DNA from: a virus
Lineage: Duplodnaviria; Caudoviricetes
DNA length: 64,000 nt
Direction: 5' to 3' (one strand)
Virus record (IMG/VR): IMGVR_UViG_2595698882_000001
Location: 32,001 to 96,000 of that record
Position numbers and translations under genes: made by a program. Within the stretch, counting starts at the first letter, position 1, and every line of letters begins with the position of its first letter. Shown piece after piece: positions 36,549-46,493 of this stretch. Below the pieces are notes generated by a model that worked only from the letters and a program-made list of their open reading frames with translations, was not told the DNA's origin and ran no database searches.

Positions 36549-37601
36549 ATGGCAGACGTAGAAAAAAGAAAGATAAAATTTCGTAGGGGGCAGGAGGCAG
36601 ACTTACCAACCCTTGATGAGGGGGAGCCCGCCCTTACGTTAGATACTAATAAGTTCTTTATCGGAGGTACTAATGGGAACATCCAACTAGCCGATCAAAA
36701 AGACTTGGAAACTCTCTCAAGTAGTGTAGACGGCGTAAAAGAAGATGTCAGTACAGCCCAGACCGATATTAGTGGTTTAAAAACAGATGTTACTACTGCT
36801 AAAGAAGACGTTTCTAAATTACAGACAGATGTATCCACATTAAAGACAGACATGACTACTGCAAAGTCAGATATCTCTACTTTGAAGTCTGACGTAGGTA
36901 CCGCAAAATCGGATGTGTCTACTCTAAAGTCGGATATGACTACAGCAAAATCAAACATATCTTCTTTGCAGACGGACACCGGGTCTTTACAGACAGACGT
37001 AGGAGGTCTTAAAAACCTTATCAGCTCTAGTAACGGGGCAGTGGATGTGGGGGACGCTGCTATGGATGCCACAATTAAGGGTAAAGAAAAGGTATCAATT
37101 GCGGCTCCTGTACTAAATGTATCCTCTAGAGAAACATACCATCAAGGGAATTTTTGCAATCATGCAATATTCTCCGGCTCTGAAACTGTAACACCCGCTA
37201 CATTAGCTAAGGATGCGTATACTGATCTTACAGCGGTTCTAGATACCGTAGATTCCGCATTCCCAGCCGGATCAGCTTCAGCAGCAGCATATACAGTACC
37301 GAGAGAAGGCGTTTACTCCTTCAACGTCACGGTTAAAGTAACAACAGCGGTAACGGCTACAGCAGGGTACATTCGGTTCGGATTGAAACAAAGTAGAGGA
37401 GAGACTGTAACAGACCTTGACATCCAAGATGTACACTACTCTAATGCTTTCGGTACTCCTTTACTGAGTGCAACCTTTATTTATAAGTGCGCTGCGGGAG
37501 ACGTTATCACACCAGTAATAAAGCCGCTGACCGAGGATATCACAGTAGGTACAGGTTCGAAATGCAGTATCTACTTCCTCGGAGACAGTATTCAAGCTTA
37601 A
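36549..37601 (+). CDS. short fibre / receptor-binding protein (Mtd_N-like, heptad stalk, C1q-like head)
   Basis: IKFRRG..L.EGE..DTNKFFIG; SDVSTLK heptads; YTVPREGVYSF..GDVI. Confidence 0.75.
   Translation: MADVEKRKIKFRRGQEADLPTLDEGEPALTLDTNKFFIGGTNGNIQLADQKDLETLSSSVDGVKEDVSTAQTDISGLKTDVTTAKEDVSKLQTDVSTLKTDMTTAKSDISTLKSDVGTAKSDVSTLKSDMTTAKSNISSLQTDTGSLQTDVGGLKNLISSSNGAVDVGDAAMDATIKGKEKVSIAAPVLNVSSRETYHQGNFCNHAIFSGSETVTPATLAKDAYTDLTAVLDTVDSAFPAGSASAAAYTVPREGVYSFNVTVKVTTAVTATAGYIRFGLKQSRGETVTDLDIQDVHYSNAFGTPLLSATFIYKCAAGDVITPVIKPLTEDITVGTGSKCSIYFLGDSIQA
36735..37016 (+). repeat. 21-nt (7-aa) coding tandem repeats
   Basis: About 13 heptads of the form (S/T/E)D(V/I/M)(S/T/G)T(A/L)K. Confidence 0.85.
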
Positions 37602-37631
37602 AGAGCCAGCTTTAATGGCTCTTTTTTGTTG

Positions 37632-37672
37632 TATGGTATAATAAGTTTATGGAACTAGATACTGTTATATTA
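37632..37672 (+). promoter_or_regulatory. tandem extended -10 plus late promoter
   Basis: TATGGTATAAT at 37632 and TGTTATATTA at 37663, after terminator 37601-37627. Confidence 0.7.
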
Positions 37673-37720
37673 GTAATAGATACTGTTTACGAATGAGACA
37701 CGAGAGGGTGAAAATGAATA

Positions 37721-38251
37721 ATGGCTACTTCTACACTTTATTCCCATATTTATGACGCCATTCAGTTACAGTCAAAATGGGATAATGCATATTTAGTCTT
37801 TGGTAAGACATCTCCATGGACAGACGAAGACAACCCCCCACAAGAAGACCCTAATGCGACAGCCATTCAGGAGATTGTTGGTTATAAAAAAGTAAGACAA
37901 TTCTCACTGGCAAGACCTCTAGAACAAGGGGAGCAGCCTACAGACACGCCTTATCCGGTTGTGACATACAACCAGCAGCAGTGGGTGCTCATCCCTGTAG
38001 ATAAAGCTTACACGGAAAAGGCTCGATGGGTGTACATAGAAGCAGAAATCCAACCAGACGACTTTGCACTAGGGGAATACAGGCAGGTCGGTATCCATGT
38101 AGACCTAAAGCCTGCTAATGGAGTAACGAAGCAGAACTTACTACCTTCCGAGGTCGCAGACCCGGGAATTTTGCGCTTCTACGAAAATAGAAAGCGACAA
38201 ACAAGAACATCTAGTGTGTATGCATTAGAACAATTCTTAGTTAAATTATAA
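37721..38251 (+). CDS. baseplate protein
   Basis: GKTSPW.DE..PP, GYKK, YRQVG motifs. Confidence 0.8.
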   Translation: MATSTLYSHIYDAIQLQSKWDNAYLVFGKTSPWTDEDNPPQEDPNATAIQEIVGYKKVRQFSLARPLEQGEQPTDTPYPVVTYNQQQWVLIPVDKAYTEKARWVYIEAEIQPDDFALGEYRQVGIHVDLKPANGVTKQNLLPSEVADPGILRFYENRKRQTRTSSVYALEQFLVKL

Positions 38252-38265
38252 AGGAGTGAAATACT

Positions 38266-41200
38266 TTGGCAGATATCAACTTCGGTGTATCACCGTATAA
38301 TGATAGATTTAACCCGGATAGTAACAGAACCAAGGTACTTTTTAGACCTGACCGAGCACTCCAACAAGCTGAGCTAAACGAACTACAGTCTATTGCTGAG
38401 TATAACGTTAGACAGCTAGGTGACAGCCTCTTTGAGGATGGAGCAATGCAAACAGGGATGTCCTTCTCTATCGACTCTGAAGCTAAGACAATCACAGTCG
38501 AAGACGGGTCAGTATACCTCGCTGGTCGAGTTCGGGTATTCAAGAAACAAACGATCCCTTTCAATAGCTCAGGCAATGAAAAGATCGGTGTAAAACTTGA
38601 ACAAAAGATCATCGACTACAACATGGACCCTACTCTTCTTGACCAAACTCAAGGAGTGGATAGCTATCTATCTCCGGGTGCAGACCGATTAGAAGAAACT
38701 GTTGTTCTCACAAACAATGATGACAGCGCTCCAACTATTTATGAGTTCAATGACGGCGCTCTCTTTGTGCAGCCAGATCGTCCAGAGTTTTCTCTGATTA
38801 ACGACACACTGGCGCAGCGTACATATGAGGAGTCCGGCTCTTATCAGGTAGAAGGATTTAAAATGTGGTCTGAAAAGAGTCAGCAAGAAGGTAAAGTAGA
38901 CCTTCTAGTAGACCGAGGTACTGCTTATGTACTAGGATACCGGATCAATAAACCTACTGCTACACGTATTCCTGTAGACAAGTCTACTACATTTGCGAAC
39001 GTAGTGCAAGAGACACACACATACGATACAGCAGTTCGTAAGTCTAAAATTGGAAGTAGCTCAGTTAAGGATGTGACTCAGGTTATAGCCCGTACTCAGA
39101 GTCCGGCTGGAGGGGTTACACTTTCTAAGGGTGCTCAAGATGGACGGGACGCTCTACCTGCTCAATACACAAGTGTAGACCCGACTACTACAAAAGTTTG
39201 GACTACATCCCCAGAGAAATACTATACATATGGTACAGATTACAAGATCGTAGAGGAGAACGGCATTCAGTACGTAGACTGGAACACCGGAATGAACGGT
39301 ACTGAGCCTCCTACTGGTCAATCTTATAACATTTCGTTTGAGTACGACCGAGTGATGCAGCTGAATGTAGACTACAAAGTTACCAAGACTCCGGTAGAAG
39401 GTACTGCTGGATGGGATACCTATGTTGACTTTAATGGTATGACAGGCATCAAACCTAAAGATGGTGGGCTTATTCGAGTAAGCTACACCTACTATTTAGC
39501 TCGTGTAGACCTAATTACTCTTAACAGTAAAGGCGAGTTTGTAGTAATCCAAGGTCAGCCGGGAAGAGCAGATGCAGCACAAGCACCAGACCATGAGGAC
39601 CCATTAACTCTCCGTATTGGTACAATCTTTGTGTATCCTAACTCTGACCTTGCTGAGACGACTAATGATGGTATTATCCGGTTACGCATGGAAGACCTCC
39701 AGAAAATGAAGTCTCGTCTAGAAAACGTGGAGTACAACCAAGCGTTACTTGCTCTTGAGAACAACTCAATCGTAACTGAAGACCCTCTTGTCTTACGTGG
39801 AGTATTCGCAGACGGGTTCGTAGACTTTGACCGTATGGACCTCAACCAGTCATCTGTCGCAGTAAGCTTCGATGATGCGAGTATCACGCTAATGGTTAAC
39901 GCACCTTCTGATCAGCAGAAGGCTCCTGAGTTTGCTAAAGATAAATCTCTGGCTGCTCTGTGGGGTCGTATCATCACGGCACCTTATACAGAGACTAAAG
40001 AAATCTCACAGCCTTTGGCTACAGAAGCGATGAACGTTAACCCGTATGCGGTGTACAACAAGCTAGGTACCTTAAAGCTCACACCATCTGCGGACAACTG
40101 GATTGAAGAGAAAAAAGTAACAGTCAACAAAGAAACCACTAAGACAGTTCGTATGGACAGATGGTGGAGACATAACCGGACTACGACTAAGCACAAGGAC
40201 CTACAGTACCTAGTGGACAACTTAGACCTAGACGGAAACCAGCAGTGGGACATGGGTCTTAACTTAGCACAGGATAAGCTCGTAGGACGTACTGGTACCC
40301 TCACAGACGTAGCTACTACTGTTCGTGAGTCAGCTATTGAGTATATCCGTTCAAGAGAGATTTCCTTCACAGCTGAGAACTTGCAGCCAATGTCCAATAA
40401 CTTGTACCTGACATTCGATGGTCTACGAGTGAACATCACTCCAACCGGATCAACTGTAAAAGGTTCTGATACGGGAACGATCATGTCAGATGCAAACGGT
40501 AAAGCTTCTGGTAAGTTTACAATCCCAGAAGGGGTACGTACAGGAGTCCGTGAAGTTGTCCTACAGAATGACAGCAACAGCGCTATTACTACATACGTTG
40601 CTCAAGGTACTCTTAAAACAACTGAAGAAGTGGTTACACGTACCCGGGTTACGGTTAACCTATACGACCCGCTGGCTCAGTCCTTCGCCTTCCCTCAAGA
40701 CCGGGTAGTAACTAGCTTCGACTTGTACTTCGCTTCCAAGTCTAGCTCAGAAAATGTTATTGTTCAGGTCCGTGGGCTTTCTGAAGGTGGGTTCCCTAAC
40801 CAGACTGTTTATGCAGAACGCATCCTGACTCCAGCGCAGATCGTAACGTCTAGTGACGGTTCTAAGCCTACGAAGGTAGCCCTTGACGATCCGTTGATGT
40901 GTAAAGGCGGTCAGAGCTACTGTGTTGTTATTATCACAGACAGCAACGACTACACAATGTGGGTAGCTACTCTTGGACAGAACCGTATCGACAACCCGTC
41001 TACGAAGGTTGTATCCCAACCATACGTTAACGGTGTACTCTTCAGTTCATCTAACGCCCGTACTTGGACAGTTCACCAAGGTTCAGACCTTAAGTTTAGC
41101 GTATACACAGCGCAGTTCCAAGAGAACGCAGTTGTTGAGTTCAACACAATTTCAGACTTAGATTCTGACATGATCCTACTTATGGCTTCATACTTGACTC

Positions 41201-41766
41201 CGAATAACACTGGATGTTTATGGGAAGTAAAAGTAGTTCCTAAAGCGGACGTAGGCACTGTGTCCATTGACGATGTACCATGGCAGCCGTTAGCTAACTA
41301 CATTGAGCAGATCATGAATCCTACTGTAATCGGTCTTGTCAAGCTGAGAGCTACGTTTAAGGCTAATAGATACATTTCTCCAATGCTAACTCTAGAAGAT
41401 TTACTGTTCGTAAACTTCATCTCAGAGACTGCCGGAGATTACGTGTCTGTAAATATTGACGCAACCTCAGCTCCGTTTAATACTGTTACGGTTCAGTATG
41501 ATGCAGCTACGCCTACAGGAACGTCTGTGACACCTTATTACTCTTTAGATGCAGGGGAGACGTGGGTCAAGTTCGACAAACCTACAGATGTTCAACGTCA
41601 ATCCGCTGAGTATAGCCGCTATACGTTTACAAAACAAGTAGCAGGTGCCGGACAGAACTTAAAAACTCAGATTAAGTTCAAGCTTGAACTGAGGGCAGAT
41701 AACCGATTCGTAAGACCACGGGTAAGACGTTTCACCGGAGTGTTTAAAGACGAGATCATCTCTTAA
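38266..41766 (+). CDS. adsorption-associated tail protein (DUF4815-like)
   Basis: TTG start. SPYNDRF..LFRP.R.LQ..ELNELQS, RTYEESG.Y, DPLAQSF, DLKF motifs. Confidence 0.88.
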   Translation: MADINFGVSPYNDRFNPDSNRTKVLFRPDRALQQAELNELQSIAEYNVRQLGDSLFEDGAMQTGMSFSIDSEAKTITVEDGSVYLAGRVRVFKKQTIPFNSSGNEKIGVKLEQKIIDYNMDPTLLDQTQGVDSYLSPGADRLEETVVLTNNDDSAPTIYEFNDGALFVQPDRPEFSLINDTLAQRTYEESGSYQVEGFKMWSEKSQQEGKVDLLVDRGTAYVLGYRINKPTATRIPVDKSTTFANVVQETHTYDTAVRKSKIGSSSVKDVTQVIARTQSPAGGVTLSKGAQDGRDALPAQYTSVDPTTTKVWTTSPEKYYTYGTDYKIVEENGIQYVDWNTGMNGTEPPTGQSYNISFEYDRVMQLNVDYKVTKTPVEGTAGWDTYVDFNGMTGIKPKDGGLIRVSYTYYLARVDLITLNSKGEFVVIQGQPGRADAAQAPDHEDPLTLRIGTIFVYPNSDLAETTNDGIIRLRMEDLQKMKSRLENVEYNQALLALENNSIVTEDPLVLRGVFADGFVDFDRMDLNQSSVAVSFDDASITLMVNAPSDQQKAPEFAKDKSLAALWGRIITAPYTETKEISQPLATEAMNVNPYAVYNKLGTLKLTPSADNWIEEKKVTVNKETTKTVRMDRWWRHNRTTTKHKDLQYLVDNLDLDGNQQWDMGLNLAQDKLVGRTGTLTDVATTVRESAIEYIRSREISFTAENLQPMSNNLYLTFDGLRVNITPTGSTVKGSDTGTIMSDANGKASGKFTIPEGVRTGVREVVLQNDSNSAITTYVAQGTLKTTEEVVTRTRVTVNLYDPLAQSFAFPQDRVVTSFDLYFASKSSSENVIVQVRGLSEGGFPNQTVYAERILTPAQIVTSSDGSKPTKVALDDPLMCKGGQSYCVVIITDSNDYTMWVATLGQNRIDNPSTKVVSQPYVNGVLFSSSNARTWTVHQGSDLKFSVYTAQFQENAVVEFNTISDLDSDMILLMASYLTPNNTGCLWEVKVVPKADVGTVSIDDVPWQPLANYIEQIMNPTVIGLVKLRATFKANRYISPMLTLEDLLFVNFISETAGDYVSVNIDATSAPFNTVTVQYDAATPTGTSVTPYYSLDAGETWVKFDKPTDVQRQSAEYSRYTFTKQVAGAGQNLKTQIKFKLELRADNRFVRPRVRRFTGVFKDEIIS

Positions 41767-41780
41767 GGAGGAGAGGCGGT

Positions 41781-41951
41781 ATGCCGTTAGAGAAACGTGA
41801 TCCAGTTTCTAAAGCACGCTTGTTTATCCCAACAAACGCAGAGAGGGCTCTGGTTAGAAGCCAGAACCTCTTGAATGAAAAATTAAAAGAGGTAGACGCC
41901 TTGATTGACAAACTCAAGGATGTAGATTCTTCCTCAAATGACAGCAATTAG
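41781..41951 (+). CDS. small hypothetical protein (56 aa, not in ORF track)
   Basis: SD AAGGAGGAG; MPLEKRDPVSKARLFIPT... Confidence 0.8.
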   Translation: MPLEKRDPVSKARLFIPTNAERALVRSQNLLNEKLKEVDALIDKLKDVDSSSNDSN

Positions 41952-41952
41952 G

Positions 41953-41995
41953 TGCTATATTAAGGGAGATAGGAAACTATTCTCCCTTTTTTTTT
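41953..41995 (+). promoter_or_regulatory. late promoter abutting a terminator hairpin
   Basis: TGCTATATTA immediately followed by AGGGAGA..TCTCCCT and a T-run. Confidence 0.6.
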
Positions 41996-42021
41996 AATTA
42001 AATAATACAGGAGGTTTTAGC

Positions 42022-42537
42022 ATGCAAGAACGAGATAGTCTATACCACAACTTGCCTAATGCGATAGAGGTTATTTCAATGAAAGTGCTGGAGTTATCTA
42101 AAGCAGTGGAAAAAGAGCTAGGAGACATTGGGGATATCGGAGAAATATCAACTGAGCTGAATACACTTAAAAGTAACGTAGAATCTCTTACAAAGCAGCT
42201 GTCTGACCTATCCACACTTGTAGGTACTAAAGCAGACGCCGCTAAAGTGACCACCCTAGAAGGTCAGATCACCACTATCAACAACACGCTAAAGGGTAAA
42301 GCAGATGCCTCTACGGTTACTACTCTCGATGGAAAAGTTACAAACCTAACAACTGAGTTAGGGAAGAAGGCTGATTCGTCTACAGTCACTACACTGGACG
42401 GTAAAGTAACCTCTTTGACAACAGAAGTAGGTAAGAAAGCAGATGCTTCAACTGTGACTACTTTACAGCAGCAGGTTGAAGACTTAGCTAACAGAGTAAC
42501 TGCTTTAGAAAATGGTAGTGGAGGCACTACAACATAA
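42022..42537 (+). CDS. coiled-coil fibre-like protein with 23-aa KAD repeats
   Basis: Four KADxxxVTTL repeats at 69-nt spacing (42229, 42298, 42367, 42436). Confidence 0.8.
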   Translation: MQERDSLYHNLPNAIEVISMKVLELSKAVEKELGDIGDIGEISTELNTLKSNVESLTKQLSDLSTLVGTKADAAKVTTLEGQITTINNTLKGKADASTVTTLDGKVTNLTTELGKKADSSTVTTLDGKVTSLTTEVGKKADASTVTTLQQQVEDLANRVTALENGSGGTTT

Positions 42538-42540
42538 ACT

Positions 42541-42567
42541 GACACTCTAACGGGTGTCTTTTTTTTT
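42541..42567 (+). terminator. terminator ending the structural module
   Basis: GACACTC/GGGTGTC stem plus T-run. Confidence 0.8.
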
Positions 42568-42787
42568 GCCTATTTTAGATAAAGAATACTAAAGGGTTCT
42601 GATCAAATTACACCACTACTTTGTCATATTTTATTTTAACTTACACTGTATTACTCTTTATATAATTATATATTAATTATTATATATAAATAATAAATAC
42701 AGAGGGGATAAAATAAAAATATGCGCTACTCGGTTTAACAATTCAAGAAATCCCTGATGTGTCAGTAGAATAAAATAAGACAGAATG

Positions 42788-42816
42788 TTGATGAGACTAT
42801 ATTTTTGTGGTACAAT
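42788..42816 (+). promoter_or_regulatory. sigmaA-type promoter
   Basis: TTGATG-17-TACAAT with TG extension. Confidence 0.7.
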
Positions 42817-42857
42817 AGAGAGTGAGATACAGAACCCATAGGAGGAATATTACACAC

Positions 42858-44630
42858 ATGAAAATCACTGTTGACACGATGTTTTCACATGTAGACTTTG
42901 GCAATGATACTCTCCTCAGAGAGAAAGTACATAAAATTGTTCACCATGCTTTAGGTATCAAAGTAGATGGTGTTCAGTATAACTCTGCATACCGGAATGG
43001 TTACTGGGACGGTATTACTGACTTCTATGACATGAAAGAGGATAAGTTCCACACAGGACTACTAGACCAGTTCTTAGGAGCTATGCGGAAACTAAAAGAG
43101 CTGGACCCCTCCTTTACATACGAGATAGAGGATGTTAGACCTTCTCCACGAGTTCACCCGGACGCTATTGACGAGCAGATTGTACTAGGGAACGGAGATC
43201 AGAACCCCATCACACTTCACGACTACCAATATGAGTCCGTTAAGAACGCATTCCGGGAGCAGGTAGGTATCGTAAACGTAGCTACTAACGGAGGGAAAAC
43301 CGAAATTGCCTCGGGATTTATGCAGCAGGTACTCCCTTACCTTCAGAGGGGGGAACGAATCGCTTTCTTCACCCACTCCAAAGAGATTTTCCACCAGTCA
43401 GCAGACCGGATCATGAAACGACTTAATCTCAAACCAAGAGACATCGGTAAGATTGGGGACGGTAAGTTCGATATCAAAAACAAGAAGATTGTATTCGTTA
43501 TGGTACCTACTCTTGTCAGCGCATTAAAGGACCCTAAACAAGGGATTAAGTTTACTCATAAAGAACGGGTTATCAAGATGATCGCTGAGGATATCACTCC
43601 GAAGTTTAGGAACACAAAGAATACCCGGCAGCTACTTCGGAACTTTATAAAAAACTGTAAGCTGACAACCAAGGTTTGGCAGGATGTAGAAGAGCATCTA
43701 ACATACATAGCCTACGATAATAAATTCACAGATAAAAAAGCGCAGATGCAGCTTAATAAATACATAGTTGAGTTTGACAAGATCATGGAAAAGAAGAACA
43801 AAAATAAATACAAGAAATACAAGGACACAACAGATTTCCTTGAGTCTGTAACAGTTATGATTGCCGATGAAGTACATCACTCGAAGGCGGATACTTGGTA
43901 CACATCTTTGTCTAAGTGTACGAATGCGATATACCGAGTCGGTCTTACAGGTACAGTTGACAAGAAGGACCCGATGGGCTGGCAGCGACTCCAAGCAATA
44001 TTCAGTCAAGTTGTTGTACGAGTATCTAACGAGTTTCTCATCGAGAGAGGAATCTCTTCTAAACCGAAAATTCGATTATTCCCTGTACAAGAGCCTAGAA
44101 ACATTGAGCTGCTGAATACATACTTAGAGGCATATAAAGCTGGAATTGTAGAGAATGAAGCCCGTAACAAGATGGTTGTAGACATCGTGAAATGGTATAA
44201 AACACAACGACCGGGTGGCATCCTTATCAGCGTTAAAGAAATAGACCATGGAGATAGAATCCTTGATCAACTAAAAGAGCAAGGGTATGACGCTGAGTTC
44301 ATCCATGGTGGGTCAGATAATGACCACCGTACAGACAACCTAGAGAGGTTCTCTAAAGGTCAACTGGATATTCTTATTGCATCAACGATCATTGACGAAG
44401 GGGTGGACATGAAGAGTATTGGTTGCATGATCTTAGCAGCGGGCGGTAAGTCCATGAGGCAACAGCTACAGCGTATTGGTCGGGGTCTACGTCTGAACGG
44501 TATTGATGGCAACAGTGTTATGGTCTTTGACTTCTATGACCAGACGAATAAGTTCTTGCTTAACCATAGCAAGGAGCGGATTAAAATATTTGAAGAGGAG
44601 AAATTCGATGTACGTATTCTGGGAAAATGA
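42858..44630 (+). CDS. SF2 DEAH-box DNA helicase (UvsW-like)
   Basis: TNGGKT, DEVHH, LTGT, DEGVD, QRIGRGLR; SD AGGAGG before ATG 42858. Confidence 0.93.
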   Translation: MKITVDTMFSHVDFGNDTLLREKVHKIVHHALGIKVDGVQYNSAYRNGYWDGITDFYDMKEDKFHTGLLDQFLGAMRKLKELDPSFTYEIEDVRPSPRVHPDAIDEQIVLGNGDQNPITLHDYQYESVKNAFREQVGIVNVATNGGKTEIASGFMQQVLPYLQRGERIAFFTHSKEIFHQSADRIMKRLNLKPRDIGKIGDGKFDIKNKKIVFVMVPTLVSALKDPKQGIKFTHKERVIKMIAEDITPKFRNTKNTRQLLRNFIKNCKLTTKVWQDVEEHLTYIAYDNKFTDKKAQMQLNKYIVEFDKIMEKKNKNKYKKYKDTTDFLESVTVMIADEVHHSKADTWYTSLSKCTNAIYRVGLTGTVDKKDPMGWQRLQAIFSQVVVRVSNEFLIERGISSKPKIRLFPVQEPRNIELLNTYLEAYKAGIVENEARNKMVVDIVKWYKTQRPGGILISVKEIDHGDRILDQLKEQGYDAEFIHGGSDNDHRTDNLERFSKGQLDILIASTIIDEGVDMKSIGCMILAAGGKSMRQQLQRIGRGLRLNGIDGNSVMVFDFYDQTNKFLLNHSKERIKIFEEEKFDVRILGK

Positions 44631-44728
44631 TGTAACAGTTTTATAAGCACAAATAAATTAGGTATTGACGACTCTGTATAATGTGCTATAATTTGACTAT
44701 ACAATATTACGAATGGAGGAACAGCTGT

Positions 44729-46429
44729 ATGGAATACGGTGTGTACTTGGAATCCTCTATTGTCGATTTAAAGCCCACAGTCCTAGACTTCTTAACCAAG
44801 ATTGTTGACAAGGCTAAAGAAGTTAGAGACTTTGCTATCTCTATCAAGAAAAAGGAGCTTGCGGAGATAGCGGGCAAAGACACTAGAACGGTTTCCCGCT
44901 ACCTAAACGAACTAGAAGAGAGACACATCATTGAAACAAAAGGCGTTAGAGGAAGATCAGGAGGCACGGTCATTTTATTTAACACGGAGTTAATCCGATT
45001 CGACACCTCAGATAAGGCTCTTGTCAACTCTGACAGCCCTATCTCTATTGATGATGTAGTACAGAAGAAACTCCCTAAGAAGGAGAAAGAACCTAAGAAG
45101 AAGACAAGAAATAGAAGAACCAAAAAGCAAATGATGGAGGACCAGCTTCTCCAAAATCAGCAGCAAGCTGAGCTAGATGAGCTTAACGCAGAGGTTGCTT
45201 CTTTAGGAGGCGTGCCTAATTGGGAATGGTTCCAAAAAACAGACGATCCGGTAGGCAACTACAAGACATACCTGCTATCCAGATTATACAATCGCTATGC
45301 TGCGCTGTTTACAGACAGACATAACGCAGAAGTAGTGGTTAGCGGTGAAGGGAACCAAGTACCGAAAGTAAGCAGCGATTATGATGTCCTGCCTGAGAAC
45401 TTCTTCGGTTCTTCCCGTTGGCAGCAGTTCGAGAAGTTCCGCCAATTCTGTGAGGAGAACAACATCGAGCCGGATGTATACCTGTCAGCTCAGTTCTCCA
45501 GATCAGTATTTACAGCGGCAGCCAGAAACGCTAAGAATAAAGTTCTTCCGTATGTGAATACGCTGACTACAGATACATCGTATGAGGTGTATAAACAATA
45601 CTGTGACTACCAAACAAAAGGTAGCTGGACGTATGCTATGTATAAGCAAATCCCGATCCAGTTTGCAGACGATTTCATCATCCGGGCAATCACAGAAGCT
45701 TACGATACCGCAGAGTGCGGCTTAGGGTTACTATCCTACCGTCACGCTATTAATGATTTCTTGGAAGGGTTCGGTGCAGATGAAAGGGAAGAGGCTCTAG
45801 TAGAGTTCTACCGTATAACAGAAGAGAACCTTCACAACCAAAAGGTATCATTTAAAACAAGAGATACCATTAAGAAGTTCGTGTTGACTCAATCTATGAT
45901 ATTGTCTGGAGGAATTTCTCGACTTCCGGGACACCTTATCTTAGGTGCAGAACATACTCAAGTTGTCTTAGCTTCTATCGACAAATTAGCGAAGCCTCTT
46001 GAAGAAAGGAATGAGCTAAAAGCGATGGCTTTAGGTATGCTTACGCATCCACAAATTAAACCAGATAAGCAACTAGAAAAAGGCAGAATGTACCTGTATC
46101 AGTCCAATGTTCTTTACGAGACACCACAGGTCCTCTCACTGATCATGGAGCGTAAGAGCTTGAAGCTCTCTCTTGAAGATATCAACAAAGCTTTAAAAGA
46201 ATACGGTAAAGAGAAAGTCCCGGTAGATGATTACTCCGTTCTAGACGTAGATCAGATTGTTAACTTCGTTCTTCAGGAGGAATACATCTCCACACCTAAT
46301 GAGTTCCAGCATGAGGAGATTACCGATACCCAGTCAGATGAATGGGTACTAATCGAAACAAAGGCAGAGGAGGCGGACTTCCTCGAACAAGCTGCTAAGG
46401 GTATCTTAGGGTCTGATCAGTTAACCTGA
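44729..46429 (+). CDS. Rep-like protein with N-terminal winged HTH
   Basis: KKELAEIAGKDTRTVSRYLNEL..GRSGG; position between the two helicases. Confidence 0.75.
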   Translation: MEYGVYLESSIVDLKPTVLDFLTKIVDKAKEVRDFAISIKKKELAEIAGKDTRTVSRYLNELEERHIIETKGVRGRSGGTVILFNTELIRFDTSDKALVNSDSPISIDDVVQKKLPKKEKEPKKKTRNRRTKKQMMEDQLLQNQQQAELDELNAEVASLGGVPNWEWFQKTDDPVGNYKTYLLSRLYNRYAALFTDRHNAEVVVSGEGNQVPKVSSDYDVLPENFFGSSRWQQFEKFRQFCEENNIEPDVYLSAQFSRSVFTAAARNAKNKVLPYVNTLTTDTSYEVYKQYCDYQTKGSWTYAMYKQIPIQFADDFIIRAITEAYDTAECGLGLLSYRHAINDFLEGFGADEREEALVEFYRITEENLHNQKVSFKTRDTIKKFVLTQSMILSGGISRLPGHLILGAEHTQVVLASIDKLAKPLEERNELKAMALGMLTHPQIKPDKQLEKGRMYLYQSNVLYETPQVLSLIMERKSLKLSLEDINKALKEYGKEKVPVDDYSVLDVDQIVNFVLQEEYISTPNEFQHEEITDTQSDEWVLIETKAEEADFLEQAAKGILGSDQLT

Positions 46430-46439
46430 TACAGACCTG

Positions 46440-46468
46440 TTTACAGAGTAACATACAGTAGGTATACT
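46440..46468 (+). promoter_or_regulatory. sigmaA-type promoter
   Basis: TTTACA-17-TATACT. Confidence 0.65.
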
Positions 46469-46493
46469 GTTTAACAAACAAGGAGGGAACAAC

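Noticed and set aside
39984-40577. 197-aa minus-strand ORF and other nested antisense ORFs
   Set aside because: They lie wholly within long conserved + strand genes and have no SD or motifs.
36735-42500. Periodic repeats as a CRISPR array or DGR template
   Set aside because: They are in-frame coding repeats (21 and 69 nt) without spacers. No cas or reverse transcriptase gene is in the window, despite the Mtd_N-like domain.
43520-43840. Intein in the SF2 helicase
   Set aside because: The about 100-aa insert lacks the N-terminal Cys/Ser block and the terminal His-Asn; it looks like a helical insertion.
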